A stretch of 64,000 bases of DNA from Octopus vulgaris. Lineage: Eukaryota. The stretch covers positions 71,362,001-71,426,000 of the forward strand of contig OX597820.1 of assembly GCA_951406725.2 (NCBI GenBank), given 5' to 3'. Both the position numbers and the translations under genes were made by a program. Each line of letters starts with the position of its first letter. Positions within the stretch are counted from its first letter, which is position 1. Of the stretch, positions 40,285 through 52,532 are shown in pieces. The notes below the pieces were generated by a model. The model ran no database searches. It saw only the letters and a program-made list of their open reading frames with translations, and was not told the DNA's origin.

Positions 40285-40884
40285 AAGTAGGTTTCTCATC
40301 AGTTCTTCATAAGTGTTCTCCTTTCTACTACTTTTTGAATAGACATTCAGATTCAAAGGGCAACTGATCTCTACAATGATGCATGATTTTTGCTCCCCAT
40401 CCCATACAACCATTCCTAGTATACTCTTTTCTACTCCAGGCACAAAGCCTGAAATTTTTGGGGAGTGAGCTAATCGATTAGATCGACTCCAGTATGCAAC
40501 TGGTACTTAATTTATCAGCCCTGAAAGATAAAAGGCAAAGTTGACCTTGGCAGAATTTGAACTCAGAACATAAAGACAGACAAAATGCCACTAAGCATTT
40601 CACCTGGCATGCTAACACTTCTGCCAGATTGCTGCCTTCCATACCTAGCATATTGTGCTTAGACTGGGTTGCTGTTTGTATTGGAATGTTCTGCCTGTAC
40701 TCATTATTTCTAAAAGTGTTAATATTCTCTGGTTCTGGTGTACTTTTTGGTATGGCCATCAGCCCAATCCTCCTTGCACAGCATTGTATAATGTCTTGGT
40801 GGCAATGTGATGTCTCATGAGGAGCTTATATCTTGTAGACATTTTTGGTCAGCTATTGATGAAGTGAGTGATATCTTCCACAAT
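40285..40884 (-). mobile_element. R4/Dong-like non-LTR retrotransposon C-terminal fragment (zinc knuckle plus restriction-like endonuclease), split by a SINE
   Basis: EDITHFINS*PKM...RH, NIPIQTATQSKHN, then VVWDGEQKSCIIVEISCP...KENTYEEL. Confidence 0.65.
40424..40639 (-). mobile_element. SINE family B with ~13-bp target-site duplication
   Basis: Flanked by cattcctagtata (40411-23) and catacctagcata (40640-52). B-box gagttcaaattc on the minus strand. Confidence 0.8.
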
Positions 40885-40921
40885 GTATATATATATATAT
40901 GTGTGTGTATGTATGTATGTA

Positions 40922-41320
40922 TATTCTTTTACTTGTTTCAGTCATTTGCCTGTGGCTATGCTGGAGCACCGCCTTTAGTCGAGCACATTGACCCCAGGAC
41001 TTATTCTTTGTAAGCTTAATACTTATTCTATCAGTCTCTTTTGCCAAACCGCTAAGTTACGGGGACGTAAACACACCAGCATCACTTGTCAAGTGATGTT
41101 AGGGGGACAAATATAGACACACAAATATATACACACACACATACATACATATATATATATATGCATACAACGGGCTTCTTTCAGTTTCTGGCTACCAAAT
41201 CCACTCACAAGGCTCTGGTTGGCCCGAGACTATAGTAGAAGACATTTACCCAAGGTGCCACACAGTGGGACTGAACCCGGAACCATGTAGTTCGTAAGCA
41301 AGCTACTTACCACACAGCCA
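40922..41320 (-). mobile_element. SINE family A, young full-length tRNA-derived copy
   Basis: Minus strand starts TGGCTGTGTGG (A box) ... GGTTCAGTCCC (B box), internal (TA)/(TG) microsatellite. Closely similar to 60667-61072. Confidence 0.9.
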
Positions 41321-42974
41321 TCTCACATTTCAATTATTCTGTAGTGATAATTTCAACAAATCAAGAATTTCTCTTTTTTACAATGCTGAATGTGAGCTTA
41401 TTCGCCTTTGTTTTTCAAGTACATGCCACTGGCCACTCTGAGTTACTTCTCTTATCTCCTTTCTGTCTTGCTTATAGCTCTCTATCTCTCTGTCCATTCA
41501 TGCAGCTGTTTGTCCCATCTACTTTCATTTCACCTCATCAATATCTGTCGATTGATTGATCAGTCTGTCTGTCAGTCAGTCAATCAATCAATCAATAAAC
41601 AATCAATCATTTGTTCAGGCCTCATGTATTTATCAGTAATTCAAATTTAGTTGCTAAGAAAATGAAGCATATAATGTTCTGTTATCTTGATTTTAAAAAA
41701 AGTTAACGATTTGTTGTAATATATTGTGATATTGCCTTTGTTTATATATAACTTCTAAAATGTACCTTGCAATGTGAGGAGAATATATATTCATGTAAAT
41801 GATTTTGTCTTTACTTTTGTTTCCATCTTGTTTAATAAATGTTTTCTCAAACTCTTTTTCGTTTATTTGAAGTTATTTAAGAGGGTCATAATTCATTCAA
41901 AATTTTACAAAGTTATGTTATTATTCAATGTGCTTTCAATAATTGATGGTTGAATGCTTTCCCTTAAGTGAGCCAGAAGTTGAGCAGTGGCATTATTTAT
42001 GAAATATTATCTTTGGCATATGGACATCTTTTTGTTACTTCTTATGGTAGTTTATTCAATGACTTAAACATGGACAGAGTTCTATGTCCTGAAAATCTCA
42101 AATATATTTCCTTTTCAATCAATAGCATGCATTTTGGAACTTAAACAAGTGCCTGTTATATATGTTTGAAAATTTTCTTGCCAGTATTTCAGTTCTTGAT
42201 AGACTATGCATCTTCATAAATTTTATGTCTTGTGAAATATTCAAATGTGTCACAGAAAACGACCAGCTAAAATGCTATAGGTCATAAGTGTGAGAAAAAC
42301 ATAACCTATTTTCTTTAAGTGTGCAGTTACATAGAGACCCCACAGAATGCCATTATAAGCTAGATAATAAACCAATCACCACTGCATTATTCAAGCTTTT
42401 CAACTTTATTGAAACTTACTTTGCCTCATGCAATCATTACTATTGTAATTAACAAACAATGCAAGCTTTTGTTGAAATTGGATGCACTGATAACTTTCTT
42501 AAAACTGATTTTGCTAAATAAAATTGTTTAGTCATTAAATCATTCAAAGTTGTGTTGGGGGTCAACACAACTTTGCTCCTGAAATGTGTAAATATGCAAA
42601 GTTGACATTCAAAATACTGTTAAGTTGTGTACACTGCTGTCACTGGTTGCTATATGCAGTCTCCGCTTTGGTATATTATATTCAGACAACTTTTCATATT
42701 GTAGTATTCTTTAATGATATTTACATTTAATGACACTGAAACCCCTTGAACATCAAATTTCGATTCCTTGCTAATTTAACTTCAAACACAAATCTTAAAT
42801 CTTATACTGATCTCTCAGGCTGTTCAATGTCTCAAGGAGCTAATTTTTTTTTTTGTTAGGGTTTCCAAAATATCCACAGTGACAGAGAAATGCAATTCAT
42901 GTCAATGTAACTATGACATTTTCTAAAGCAACAACAAACTGTGGAAAGTAGGACTGACTGTTAATACACTAGAA

Positions 42975-43050
42975 CAGTGATTCCCAACATGGGGCATATG
43001 CCCCACCGGTGGGGCTTGGGAAATTTGTAGTGGGGCATGAGACCCAAAAT
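42975..43050 (+). mobile_element. hAT-Charlie-like element left end
   Basis: CAGTGATTCCCAAC terminus followed by GC-rich short palindromes. No partner end was found. Confidence 0.4.
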
Positions 43051-43426
43051 TTCTTTTTTTTATTCTTAAGTGGGACATTGAATTGTGAAAATATTTTCTT
43101 ACAGTGAACATACTACACCAAAATTAAGAATTCCTCAAGAACTTTCTTGACAACCTAATACCTCTTCACAATTGAATGGATAGTGGGTAATAAGCAGCCT
43201 CTACCATTCTGTAAAATTACTTATAAGAATATAAAAATAACCAAATGGAAAACTTAATGTAAATTGTAAAAACTGTAATTCAATTTCCATTGTCTTTTTA
43301 CATTTTTTACTCACTTTTGACTTGGTAGTTATTATAGAAAATAAAGATAAATTTTATCATTTAAATATATATATATTAGGGACAAATACATATATGTATA
43401 TATCGATGACTTCCTACCTACCAACA

Positions 43427-43798
43427 AATCTGCTGGAATGTATTAAGAATGAAAATACAAATCATTGTTTTTGATTCTTGCTGTTCACTGTGCATATGAT
43501 GATTTATTATCAGTTGGAAGTTATAAGCATGCATCAGCAAATAATCTGTTTGCTGAAGTTATAAACAAAAGCCCCAAGCTCTTGCTAGATTAATTAGTCC
43601 ATGGAGGCTTTGGCTGATGAAACACAATGATGTTGAAACATTGAGTGTCCCAAAGTCCCCTTATGCTAATTAACAGAGTGTTATGATCACATATTTGTCT
43701 AAAATGACAGGTTGCTCTCCAATGACAAAATACTAAAGCGTTTAGCATATTCATGTCTGAATCTGCTGGAATGTATTAAGAATGAATATACAAGTCAT
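43427..43798 (+). mobile_element. 333-bp terminally redundant unit carrying the hammerhead (retrozyme-like or Penelope pseudo-LTR relic)
   Basis: 39-bp direct repeats at 43427-43465 and 43760-43798 (37/39 identical), with an internal hairpin at 43534-43556 and the hammerhead. Confidence 0.6.
43590..43673 (+). ncRNA. Type I hammerhead ribozyme motif (predicted)
   Basis: CTGATGA 43614-20; stem II AACA/TGTT with loop CAATGA; GAAA 43635-38; stem III CA/TG; GTC cleavage triplet 43647-49; stem I GGCTTTGG/CCAAAGTC extended by TTAATTAG/CTAATTAA. Confidence 0.82.
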
Positions 43799-43949
43799 CA
43801 TTTATAAGTATATATTCACACATATTTTTGTATATATGTATATGCATACACACACACACACACACACACATGTATGCATGTATCTTATATTAACGTTTGT
43901 TTTTATATCAAGTTATATATGTATATGCATACTTATTTCTTAATTTTAG

Positions 43950-44036
43950 CTCTCAACATCTAAAGGTTGCATTGCTGGAGATTTACAATTCCATGATGCA
44001 AATGGAAATTTTATATGTTGCAAGAATACAAAATCT
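43950..44036 (+). CDS. SPO11: SPO11 internal exon (87 nt)
   Basis: Acceptor taattttAG|, donor TCT|GTAAGT, phase 0-0. Translation LSTSKGCIAGDLQFHDANGNFICCKNTKS matches the conserved LSTSKGLIAG motif. Confidence 0.96.
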
Positions 44037-47000
44037 GTAAGTTAGATATTTTAATTCTTTTGTTTTCATTGAATTTATTATTCATGATAGTTTGCCATTC
44101 TTTTTATCAAGCTACCATATGCTGGAAAGAACTTCTCAGTGTCATATTTTCATGCTTTTGTTTCATGTTGACTCATGTAGAAAGTTCTAAATTTCTTTCT
44201 CTCGATCTAATTACCTCATCCAAATTTCTTTATGCTTTAGGTACCACTTTTCTGTCTCTCTACTATTTTCTACTATTATTTCATATATATTTTTCAACCA
44301 GCTTACCATTCATTAACAGAACAAGAGAATTATGTTATACACAATGATTAATGGGAGTGTGCTCATTCAATTTACTTCATTACATATCACTCATATTATT
44401 TCTCTATAAACTGAATTCCTTTGTATTCCGTTTTTCTTCTGAAGTTCCCGCATTAGATTCTTTAGCAAAACCCAGCCATCTAATTAATGAAGCTAGCTTG
44501 CAATCTATTTTTGAGTTAATTTTTAAAGGGCTCAATCTTGAGAGTGAAAGAAAGAGCTCAAAGTCAAAATTTTGGCAGTGACATACTTAAATTTCATTCA
44601 GCACATCTACTAAATCTCAGTTCTACTTAATATGTGCCATACATGCCTTCTGTTTGGTATTCATCCATACATATCATACCAAACACCATGGGAATCAACC
44701 AAAAATTCTTTTTTTCACAGTTTCTTTCACCTGAAAAACAGCATCAATGATACAAAAACCAAACTACTTTACATCCACTTCATCTTTGTTATAGCTTTTT
44801 TTATTATTCTTTCTACTTAGTGTATTTGATAGATTAGTTTTTCTCTGTTGAAATATCCCTTTCTATGACACTACTATTGCTTTTTCATTTTTTTGTGATT
44901 AGTAATCATACTCCTATTGTCAGTTGTAGAAGATAAGATCTCCCTGCATAATTTGATTATTGAGTTAAGTAATAGTGTAACTTCCACCCAGCCCAATGCC
45001 TTCATTACCCTAGCAATAATAAAAGGAAGTTTTTGAGCTTTCCTTATCTTCCTTAATACATTATGTTCACAGAAATATATTTACTTCTCTCAAACAGTAC
45101 TTTTATTTTATTTTGTATTATTTATTTGCTAAGTTTTATTTAATAATAACATTTATAGATATGATATTGATATTATTGCACTTTGATTTTACACACATGA
45201 ACACCACATACACAAACTTCTATTAATCTATGTACACACAGGAATTTATTTGTTAGTTTGGAGATATATCCAATACTTAAAGAGTTTCTAGACCCTCTAA
45301 AGACTTAAAAATATTGATTATTGTGGCTGAGATTGAGTATTAATTGTTGCATCTTAGTAGTTAAATTGGAAACAATTTTTTTATTCAAGCCAAGGAGGAG
45401 GGTCAGTGCCAATAAACAGTACATATTTTTCAAAACTAATCATGTTGATGTGGGTGATTTTAACAGAGACTTCTATAGGTTGACAACTAATGCAAAATGT
45501 GAGCAGGAAGAGATATACATAGGCTTTCAATTCTGAGATGGAAGGATATGCTGAAACTATTTAATTCATATCTTAGAGACTGAGAGTCATTGATAAGATT
45601 TGGATAGATAAATGTGTTTACAGATAAAGACATCAGGAACCATAATTACATCAGTTGAAGAAACAGTGTTGGTGATTGACGGTTTTCTTCCAGTTAGACA
45701 GATGGTGATTTTAGTAGATGCTGTGTAGAATGTGTATAGCAGCTGTACTATCCTGTTATGTGAGCAACACTGAAACTTTAACTGTTTAGATCTGAAGAAT
45801 TATTTGTCCAAGAAGGCAGCTTTGACAGTGTTATAGCTATGTAGGTGCCATCAAAGATCCTTGAGGCTTATCATATATAGATTAAAGACTGAATACTTTA
45901 ATTATGTGTTTACTGCATGCTTCTTTTATATATGCAGTAATTCTGTGTTATATTCTTGATGAAAACTAAATTACCATCTTCATTGGAGGATGTTTTATTG
46001 GTCCGTTAGTAGTCTGTGGTATTTAGGCAACATGACAAGAATGAGTGAAAGATGGTGCCATCTGTGCAGAATGTAATAGGGAGTGGTATAACTGATGTAG
46101 AGAGATGGCAATTTGGAAAAAATATCTGAATTTTGAAACACAAAGGAAGTGATCAATTGTGAGTTGGAGAGAGCCAGTTGACACTTACTACAAAGAAGTG
46201 ACCTGATAAGAAACAATGAGACAATAGAAGGAGTCTATAGAATGGAAACATCATCTAGGGGCTTCTTGTGGCAGTGGATAGTATCATTACTTTTACTGGT
46301 GCTTTTATTGTTAAGAGAACATTAAACCATGGCACAATGAGCAAATCTCCAGTAGGTTTGGTTCTATGGAAGCTGTAATGTTGGTCACAGAGAAGAGCAA
46401 AAGATTCAGTTTAATAAGGTGGTTGTTGTTTCCATTGTATTTGAGGTGTTGAGAGTCAGGGTAGCAGTCAGCAGAGCTAGTGAGGTAGCCCTCCTTTGGG
46501 CTTGACATACTGTAACACATTTCTATAAACCACATAGGTTTCCATGGAGAAGACAGAAAGCCTGAGAATTTGGTGAAGTGTTTGCTCGGAAAAAAACTGT
46601 GAGAAGATGATGACAATGACACTATCAGGACTAGTTGCCTTCTTTTGGCTAACAATATAGTAGAAACACTTGACAGCAGTGAATATCGTGGTGAGATATG
46701 TGAGACTAAGAAAAATTTATGAAGGGTTTTGTGTGTTTTGTTAGAGGGACGAGAAAACACTATTGGAGATAAGTTTGCAAGTATTTCAGGGCACAAAAAC
46801 CTCTTTTAGTAAGTTGATAGACATCTTGTACACATTGCGGTGGTGGCTTCATAATTGGAAAGTAGATTTCTTTTGGGTGTTGCTGGCAGGGTTTTTCACT
46901 TACACCACTGTGAGTGAACTACTTTGCCTATCCCACTGTGAATGAAATTGTATGGATATGGTTTCAGTCATCTAGTTACATGTCCCAGGGATGAAACCTA

Positions 47001-47659
47001 TTTGCTTCCAGAGGTATAGGAGAGGGGAAAAGGTTGAGCACTTAACAATTAGCTGAATTGAATTACTAAAAAGTTTAATGAACAGTGGTTGTTCCATGAT
47101 AGATTGATATGGAGCAGGATGATATAATTAGGCAGTAATCAGATGATTGTATGTGCATGGGGAGTTGTAGGATAGAATAATGCTTGGGTTCAGAAGTATA
47201 TCAATAATTAAGGATGTTTGAAGATCATCTGAAATTCTGAAAATTGAAAAGATTCAAAAACTAATATTTTTTTTCTTGGAGATCATCTGCAAACCAAAAC
47301 CTGTGTTTGGTACCAAACATGACTTAAAAATAAAAAGTATGCAAATAATTTTATGTTCTGTCCTTATTCCACTTCATTTATCAGTTTATTAAAGTCCAAA
47401 CAAACTATAATATTTAAAGTCTTTATTTATCCCCCTCAGAGTGAATATTCATAATGCAAATGAACAATAATGAGGAATACGTTTACTAGGCTATATTTGC
47501 TTACCTTTACTTGGAGTTTTGCATTTAGGTGTCTTGTTTAGTATGTATTTTTATATTATCCTAAGCTAATTAATGATATTTTCTTTATAATTATGGTAAG
47601 TTGGTAAAATCACCCACATGCCCCACTTGGCTAGGGCTATCAAAGTACTCTAATGGTAT

Positions 47660-48780
47660 TGTGGGGATGACCTGGAAGAAGAGGGCCATGATGTCAATGG
47701 TCAGGAGACTGACCGGAAGAGGAAGTATGAGAAGGGAAGTGTGGGTGGACAGGACAGGGTCATCCTCCTTTTGGCCAGCCAAGGCATTGCAAACAGACGT
47801 GAGAAAATATATTCTTGGCTTGGTGAGACAGCAGCTGCTTATACTGGGTAACAGAGTAGGACAGGACCTCCAGAGTGACTACTACTAGTTGGGCACAGAT
47901 GAGAGAGGAAGGTAGGCAAACCTCTTTTCATTTCCCATGCATAACAAGCTATTTTGGTAATTGTATACAGATATCGTTGTCCCCTTGATATGATGGCAGT
48001 GAAGATAAGGATGTCATCAGACCTTTCTATAGCGAAAGTGATGTAGTAGCCTGGGTTTGAAAGGTCAAAGTTGTGGCCAGGCTACAAGGAAGCCTCATGG
48101 CCCTGTATTTGGACGGGAGTGCACTGGCACTGTACCTCAAAATGGATAAAGAAGAATAGCTGAGTGTGGTGAAGATTGAGCAACGCTTGAGAGAAGCTTA
48201 CACAGATGGAGAGTATGCTGCTTTTGCTAAGCTGAGAATGATCAGATGGAGAGGAGAACAGGTTGACAAATATGTTGCACAACTCAGTGGAACAGAGCAA
48301 TAGTGACAGCTGTCAATTCCAAAAACAACATCTCTATGGATGAAATGCTGCGTCATGTCTTGGATGTTCATAGGATTGTTGCTTTGTTGGATGATGATTG
48401 TGGAAAAGAGGAACAGAATGAGGTTCCCAGTTTAAGAAGATCACAACATGCAAGGTGCCCACCCAGGTGGGTGGTAGATTTTGACATGGAATGAAGTGAG
48501 GAGGTGATCTTTGAGATTGGGGGCATGTGGGGATGAGATGGAAGAAGAGAGCCATGACATCAATGGTCAAGGAACTGACTGGAAGAGGAAGCATGAGAAG
48601 GGAAGTGCATGAGGAAGAGGACTCTCTTTGGCCGGCTGAGACATCACAAACTCTCGGGTTTGTGAGATAGCAACTGCTTATACTGGGTAATAGGGTAGGA
48701 TCACCGGAGTGACTACTACTAGGTGGGTGCAAATGAGAGAGGCAGGTAGGTGAACCTCTTTTCATTTTCCATGCATGAAG
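47660..48780 (+). mobile_element. Compact non-autonomous Gypsy-type LTR retrotransposon (about 1.12 kb)
   Basis: LTRs at 47660-47946 (TG...CA) and 48526-~48780, (G)GTAT on both flanks. Interior: gag-like IRPFYSESDVVAWV*KVKVVARL...LYLDGSALALYL, integrase-tail-like LRRSQHARCPPRW, and a purine-rich tract before the 3' LTR. Confidence 0.8.
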
Positions 48781-49303
48781 GTATCCTTATAGTCACAAAA
48801 CTTTAGTTCAACCTATAATACATACATACAAATCAAAATTTTGTTTCAAAGTTTGGTGGGATTGAACTAGGCTCTTCTTGGGATCTAAGATGAGGGCTAT
48901 AGTGGAAGACTCTTACCAACTTCAGGTAACAAGCTATGAAATTCTTACAATCTCTCAGTTTCCTGTAATTCAGACCACCTCATGTTCCTAGCAGACAAAA
49001 CTGAAATGGCTTTGCTCTGGAGGATAACAAGAGAGATGCAGTGGAACAGCCACTCTGATTCATAGGACTTGCACTTGCAGATATCCATCTCTGCCCTGAT
49101 AGCAGTGAGCAGAGATATGGTCTGGGACTGAGTACACTGGAGGTCTCCACTGCCACAAGCTCAACCATAAATCTGTCAGTGAGTAACCAATACTTTGACA
49201 GTTTGCTCTTCTTGGCCTGACAAGCAAACTTATACCATTTTCCAAATCTGAAAAATTCTGAAACCTTCCTAGTTCCAAGGATTTCTGGGAAGAGATTGTA
49301 TAT

Positions 49304-49775
49304 CATCATCATCCTCATCATCATCGTTTAACGTCCGCTTTCCATGCTAGCATGGGTTGGACGATTTGACTGAGGACTGGCGAACCAAATGGCTGCACCA
49401 GACTCCAATCTGATCTGGCAGATTTTCTACAGTTGGATGCCCTACCTAACGCCAACCACTCCAAGAGTGTAGTGGGTGCTTTTACATGCCATCGGCATGA
49501 GGGCCTGTCAGGCGGTACTGGCAATGGCCATGCTCAAATGGTGTTTTTATTATGCCACCTGCACAGGAGCCAGTCGAACGGCACTGGAAATGACCTCGCT
49601 GAAATGTTTTGTTCAAATGCCACTGGCAAAAGTGCCAGCAAGGCGATGCTGGTAATGATCACGCTTGAATGGTGCTTTTTACATGTCACCGGCATGGAAA
49701 CCAGTTAGCTGCTCTGGCAAAGATCACGCTCGGATGGTGCTCTTAGTGCTCCACTAGCACGGATACCAGTCATCA
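49304..49775 (-). mobile_element. RTE-tail retroposon copy with internal tandem units
   Basis: Reverse-complement homolog of 4475-4905 along its whole length. Confidence 0.85.
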
Positions 49776-50244
49776 AATTACCTCTATTTATATCCAAATT
49801 GGTCTTCATTAAGCAGATCTACTATCAAGGACCTTAAAACTATGACCATCATATATTTTGAAATTTCTAGAATATGGTTTGAGAGATTTGATAGTTGAAA
49901 GATTTCAGAAGGCAATAGAAATACATCAACTGATGGAGCAATTGAAGTTTTTTGTTGTAAATTTTCAGGTGACAGTGAATTGTGAGGAGAAAAGATTAAA
50001 TGTAAGCACTGACATCGTATAGAAAGAACTTCTGTAACAATACAAATTTGAAAAGGCATGATTGGAAAAACGTGTGTAGTACAGGTTCTAGAAGATAAAA
50101 CATTGAAGTAGTGACAGTTAGTGATAAAAAGCATTAAATATTTAAGCTGAATGGTATTGAGCCAGATTATGGTGTTATACAGTGTGTATGTTTATATCAT
50201 GTTTACTATGGATTTACTCTGTTGGAAGCTTTAGTTTAAATTGA

Positions 50245-51076
50245 AGTCAATCCATAGATTTTAACCATCACTGCATGTACAAACTAATTAAATTAATTAG
50301 ATATTAAGAACAGTCATAAAATGACTGCCATGTTTAAACAATCTAATTGTGAATAGAAAGAGGTTAGTTGGACTACTGTTTCAAACGTGTTTATATTCTC
50401 ATCAACAACTTCTAATCCTATACTTAACTAACCAATGAAATTGTATTTAAAACCACTATACACAAATTTGAATATTTGACACATTTTTGGCAGTTTGACT
50501 AGCTAAATTTCTGATGTGTTAAGCAATGTTTTCTTACTAAAGTTTACTATGTGCTAAATCTATAGATCTTATGTTACATGAGTAAACTAATTAAAATTAG
50601 ATACATTGGACAGTCATAAAGGGGTTGTCATGCTGTTAGTTTCACTGTTGACAGAAGGGCGATTGGCTGTATGTACATGATAGTTGTTTACAACCATCTA
50701 ATGTATCCAATTTTGATTAGTCTACACATACTGTGATAGTTAAAATCTATGGATTTATACATAGTAAACTTTAGAATAAAAACTAACACTGTTAATATGT
50801 CATTATTTTATTTAGTTGAACAAACTGGCAAAAATACATCAAATGTTGAAATTAGTGTTCCTGGTTTAATGAAGTGCTTGTTAATAGTGTCTTTAAATAC
50901 AATTTCACAATGATCAGTTAAGAGTATAAAAAACAGTTACCAAAACGAAAGTAAATACATTTGAACATACAGTTGAGCAGATCCCACTTTTTGTCCATAG
51001 TGAGATTGTATAAACATGACAGCTTCTTATGACTAATCAAGAGCATATACAGTGATTATTAAAAATCTATGAATTC
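50245..51076. repeat. ~830-bp degenerate fold-back with internal ~300-bp direct subunits
   Basis: At least six colinear inverted blocks around a centre near 50650, for example tgaaattgtatttaaa/tttaaatacaatttca and ctaaagtttactatgt/acatagtaaactttag. Confidence 0.75.
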
Positions 51077-51736
51077 ACTCAGCATCAATTTTTTAGTCTG
51101 TAAAATAAACACTAGTAATGCATTGTTAAAGTGTGTAGAGTTTATATAGCTTGGAAATATTTTGTAGTATTTGTAATTATATCTGTATATGATTCTCAGT
51201 ATTTGCAGTTCTGTTTTAGTGATTTGTAGTATATGTGATGTTGTTGAGAGTCTTGGGGATTAGGTTAAGCATTTGTCAAGAATATATTTGGAGTTGTATA
51301 TTATTAATAAGCGGAGTGGAATGGATGTTGATTTATACCCTTTATTTAGAGTTACTCTGCTTTAATGCTGATGCATAAAACTATATCATTATTGGAAGAT
51401 AATCTGGACATCATTATTCAAGGTGTGCTGCAGTTACACCTTCATAAAAAAAAATATAATACTTTTATGCACAACCTAGTTTGCTTGACCACTAATATAT
51501 CAGTTTTGTCCTAGATTATGGGATTTAGATGTGTGCATACTATATCTAACATATGAATATATTTTACCATAGATACACAGCATCATTGTATTTAGTAATA
51601 AGTAAATAAAACAGTTGGTAACAAGAAGGGCATCTTACCATAAAACACTGCCTCAGAAAACCTGCCCAACCGATGCCAGAATGGGAAAGTGAACATAAAA
51701 TATTGCTTATACTGAGGATACTTACGTGTTCATGCG

Positions 51737-51768
<32 letters not shown>

Positions 51769-52123
51769 GATATACAATCATGCTATAAAATTATTGCTAT
51801 TTCGTTTATAAATGAAATATACTTTATGACAATATGTTGAGATCTAGCGTCAACTATTGTTTCTTATATGAAGCATATATTTCTGCTTTGAGGGTAAGTA
51901 TTCAGCTTTAAACCATTTATTACTGCAGTAAGAAATGTTTGTAAATTTTCAGAATATATCACATGCTTCCATGGAAAATAATTTTAAAATATTCACAGTT
52001 CTTCCAATTTAGATTTTATATTTTTGTGTTATACTGAATGATACATAAAATCTGTTGATGTGTAAATTGCATTCTATTATCACAGATAATGCATTATGTA
52101 CATATGATCTATTTTTCTTTTAG

Positions 52124-52160
52124 GGGATCATGTTGCCATCAAATGTTATGGAAATTAACA
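52124..52160 (+). CDS. SPO11: SPO11 small internal exon (37 nt)
   Basis: Acceptor atttttcttttAG|. Translation GIMLPSNVMEIN plus one nt (A), compare vertebrate AVAVPSNIQGIR. Followed by the U12-type donor GTATCCTTT. Confidence 0.9.
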
Positions 52161-52169
52161 GTATCCTTT
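52161..52169 (+). promoter_or_regulatory. U12-type (minor spliceosome) 5' splice site GTATCCTTT
   Basis: Exact match to the RTATCCTTT U11-binding consensus, immediately after a coding exon. Confidence 0.9.
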
Positions 52170-52532
52170 ATATAGCAAAAGTTCAGAAACTTAATTAATT
52201 GATGCATAAAAGAGTAGTGAAAAAACAAATGAAATTAGGAAAAATATACCATACTTTCTGGCTTGCAAGTTCATTAAGTGTAAAGTGCAAACATTCAAGC
52301 GTTGTCACTATCTTTCCAAATCCTGCTGTATGTCACATGGAAGTTTTAATCTTCAAAAGTTGTTGTGTTGTATAAAGTCAATCTATCTTTTTTGGCTCTA
52401 AATTTTGATCTGAAAATATTCAACTTGTATGCAAGAAAATACAGTCAACAGGAATAGTTACCAATTATTGAATAGAAAAATCAGTGTAGAATATGCACAA
52501 AAGTACTTTCATTTTTATTGTATTTAGTATAA

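Noticed and set aside
41255-41320. tRNA-like A and B boxes (also at about 61010-61070 and 37220-37280)
   Set aside because: These are SINE heads. No complete cloverleaf, so not called tRNA genes.
42545-42575. 13-bp perfect hairpin caaagttgtgttg/caacacaactttg
   Set aside because: Real but isolated, with no supporting context. Terminator logic does not apply to a eukaryotic intron.
45980-47200. Purine-rich region with a 161-aa minus-strand ORF, possibly an old LINE
   Set aside because: No convincing RT or endonuclease motif could be read, so it is left unassigned.
48781-48790. GTATCCTTAT, a U12-donor-like sequence
   Set aside because: Coincides with the LTR element's target duplication, and there is no upstream coding exon.
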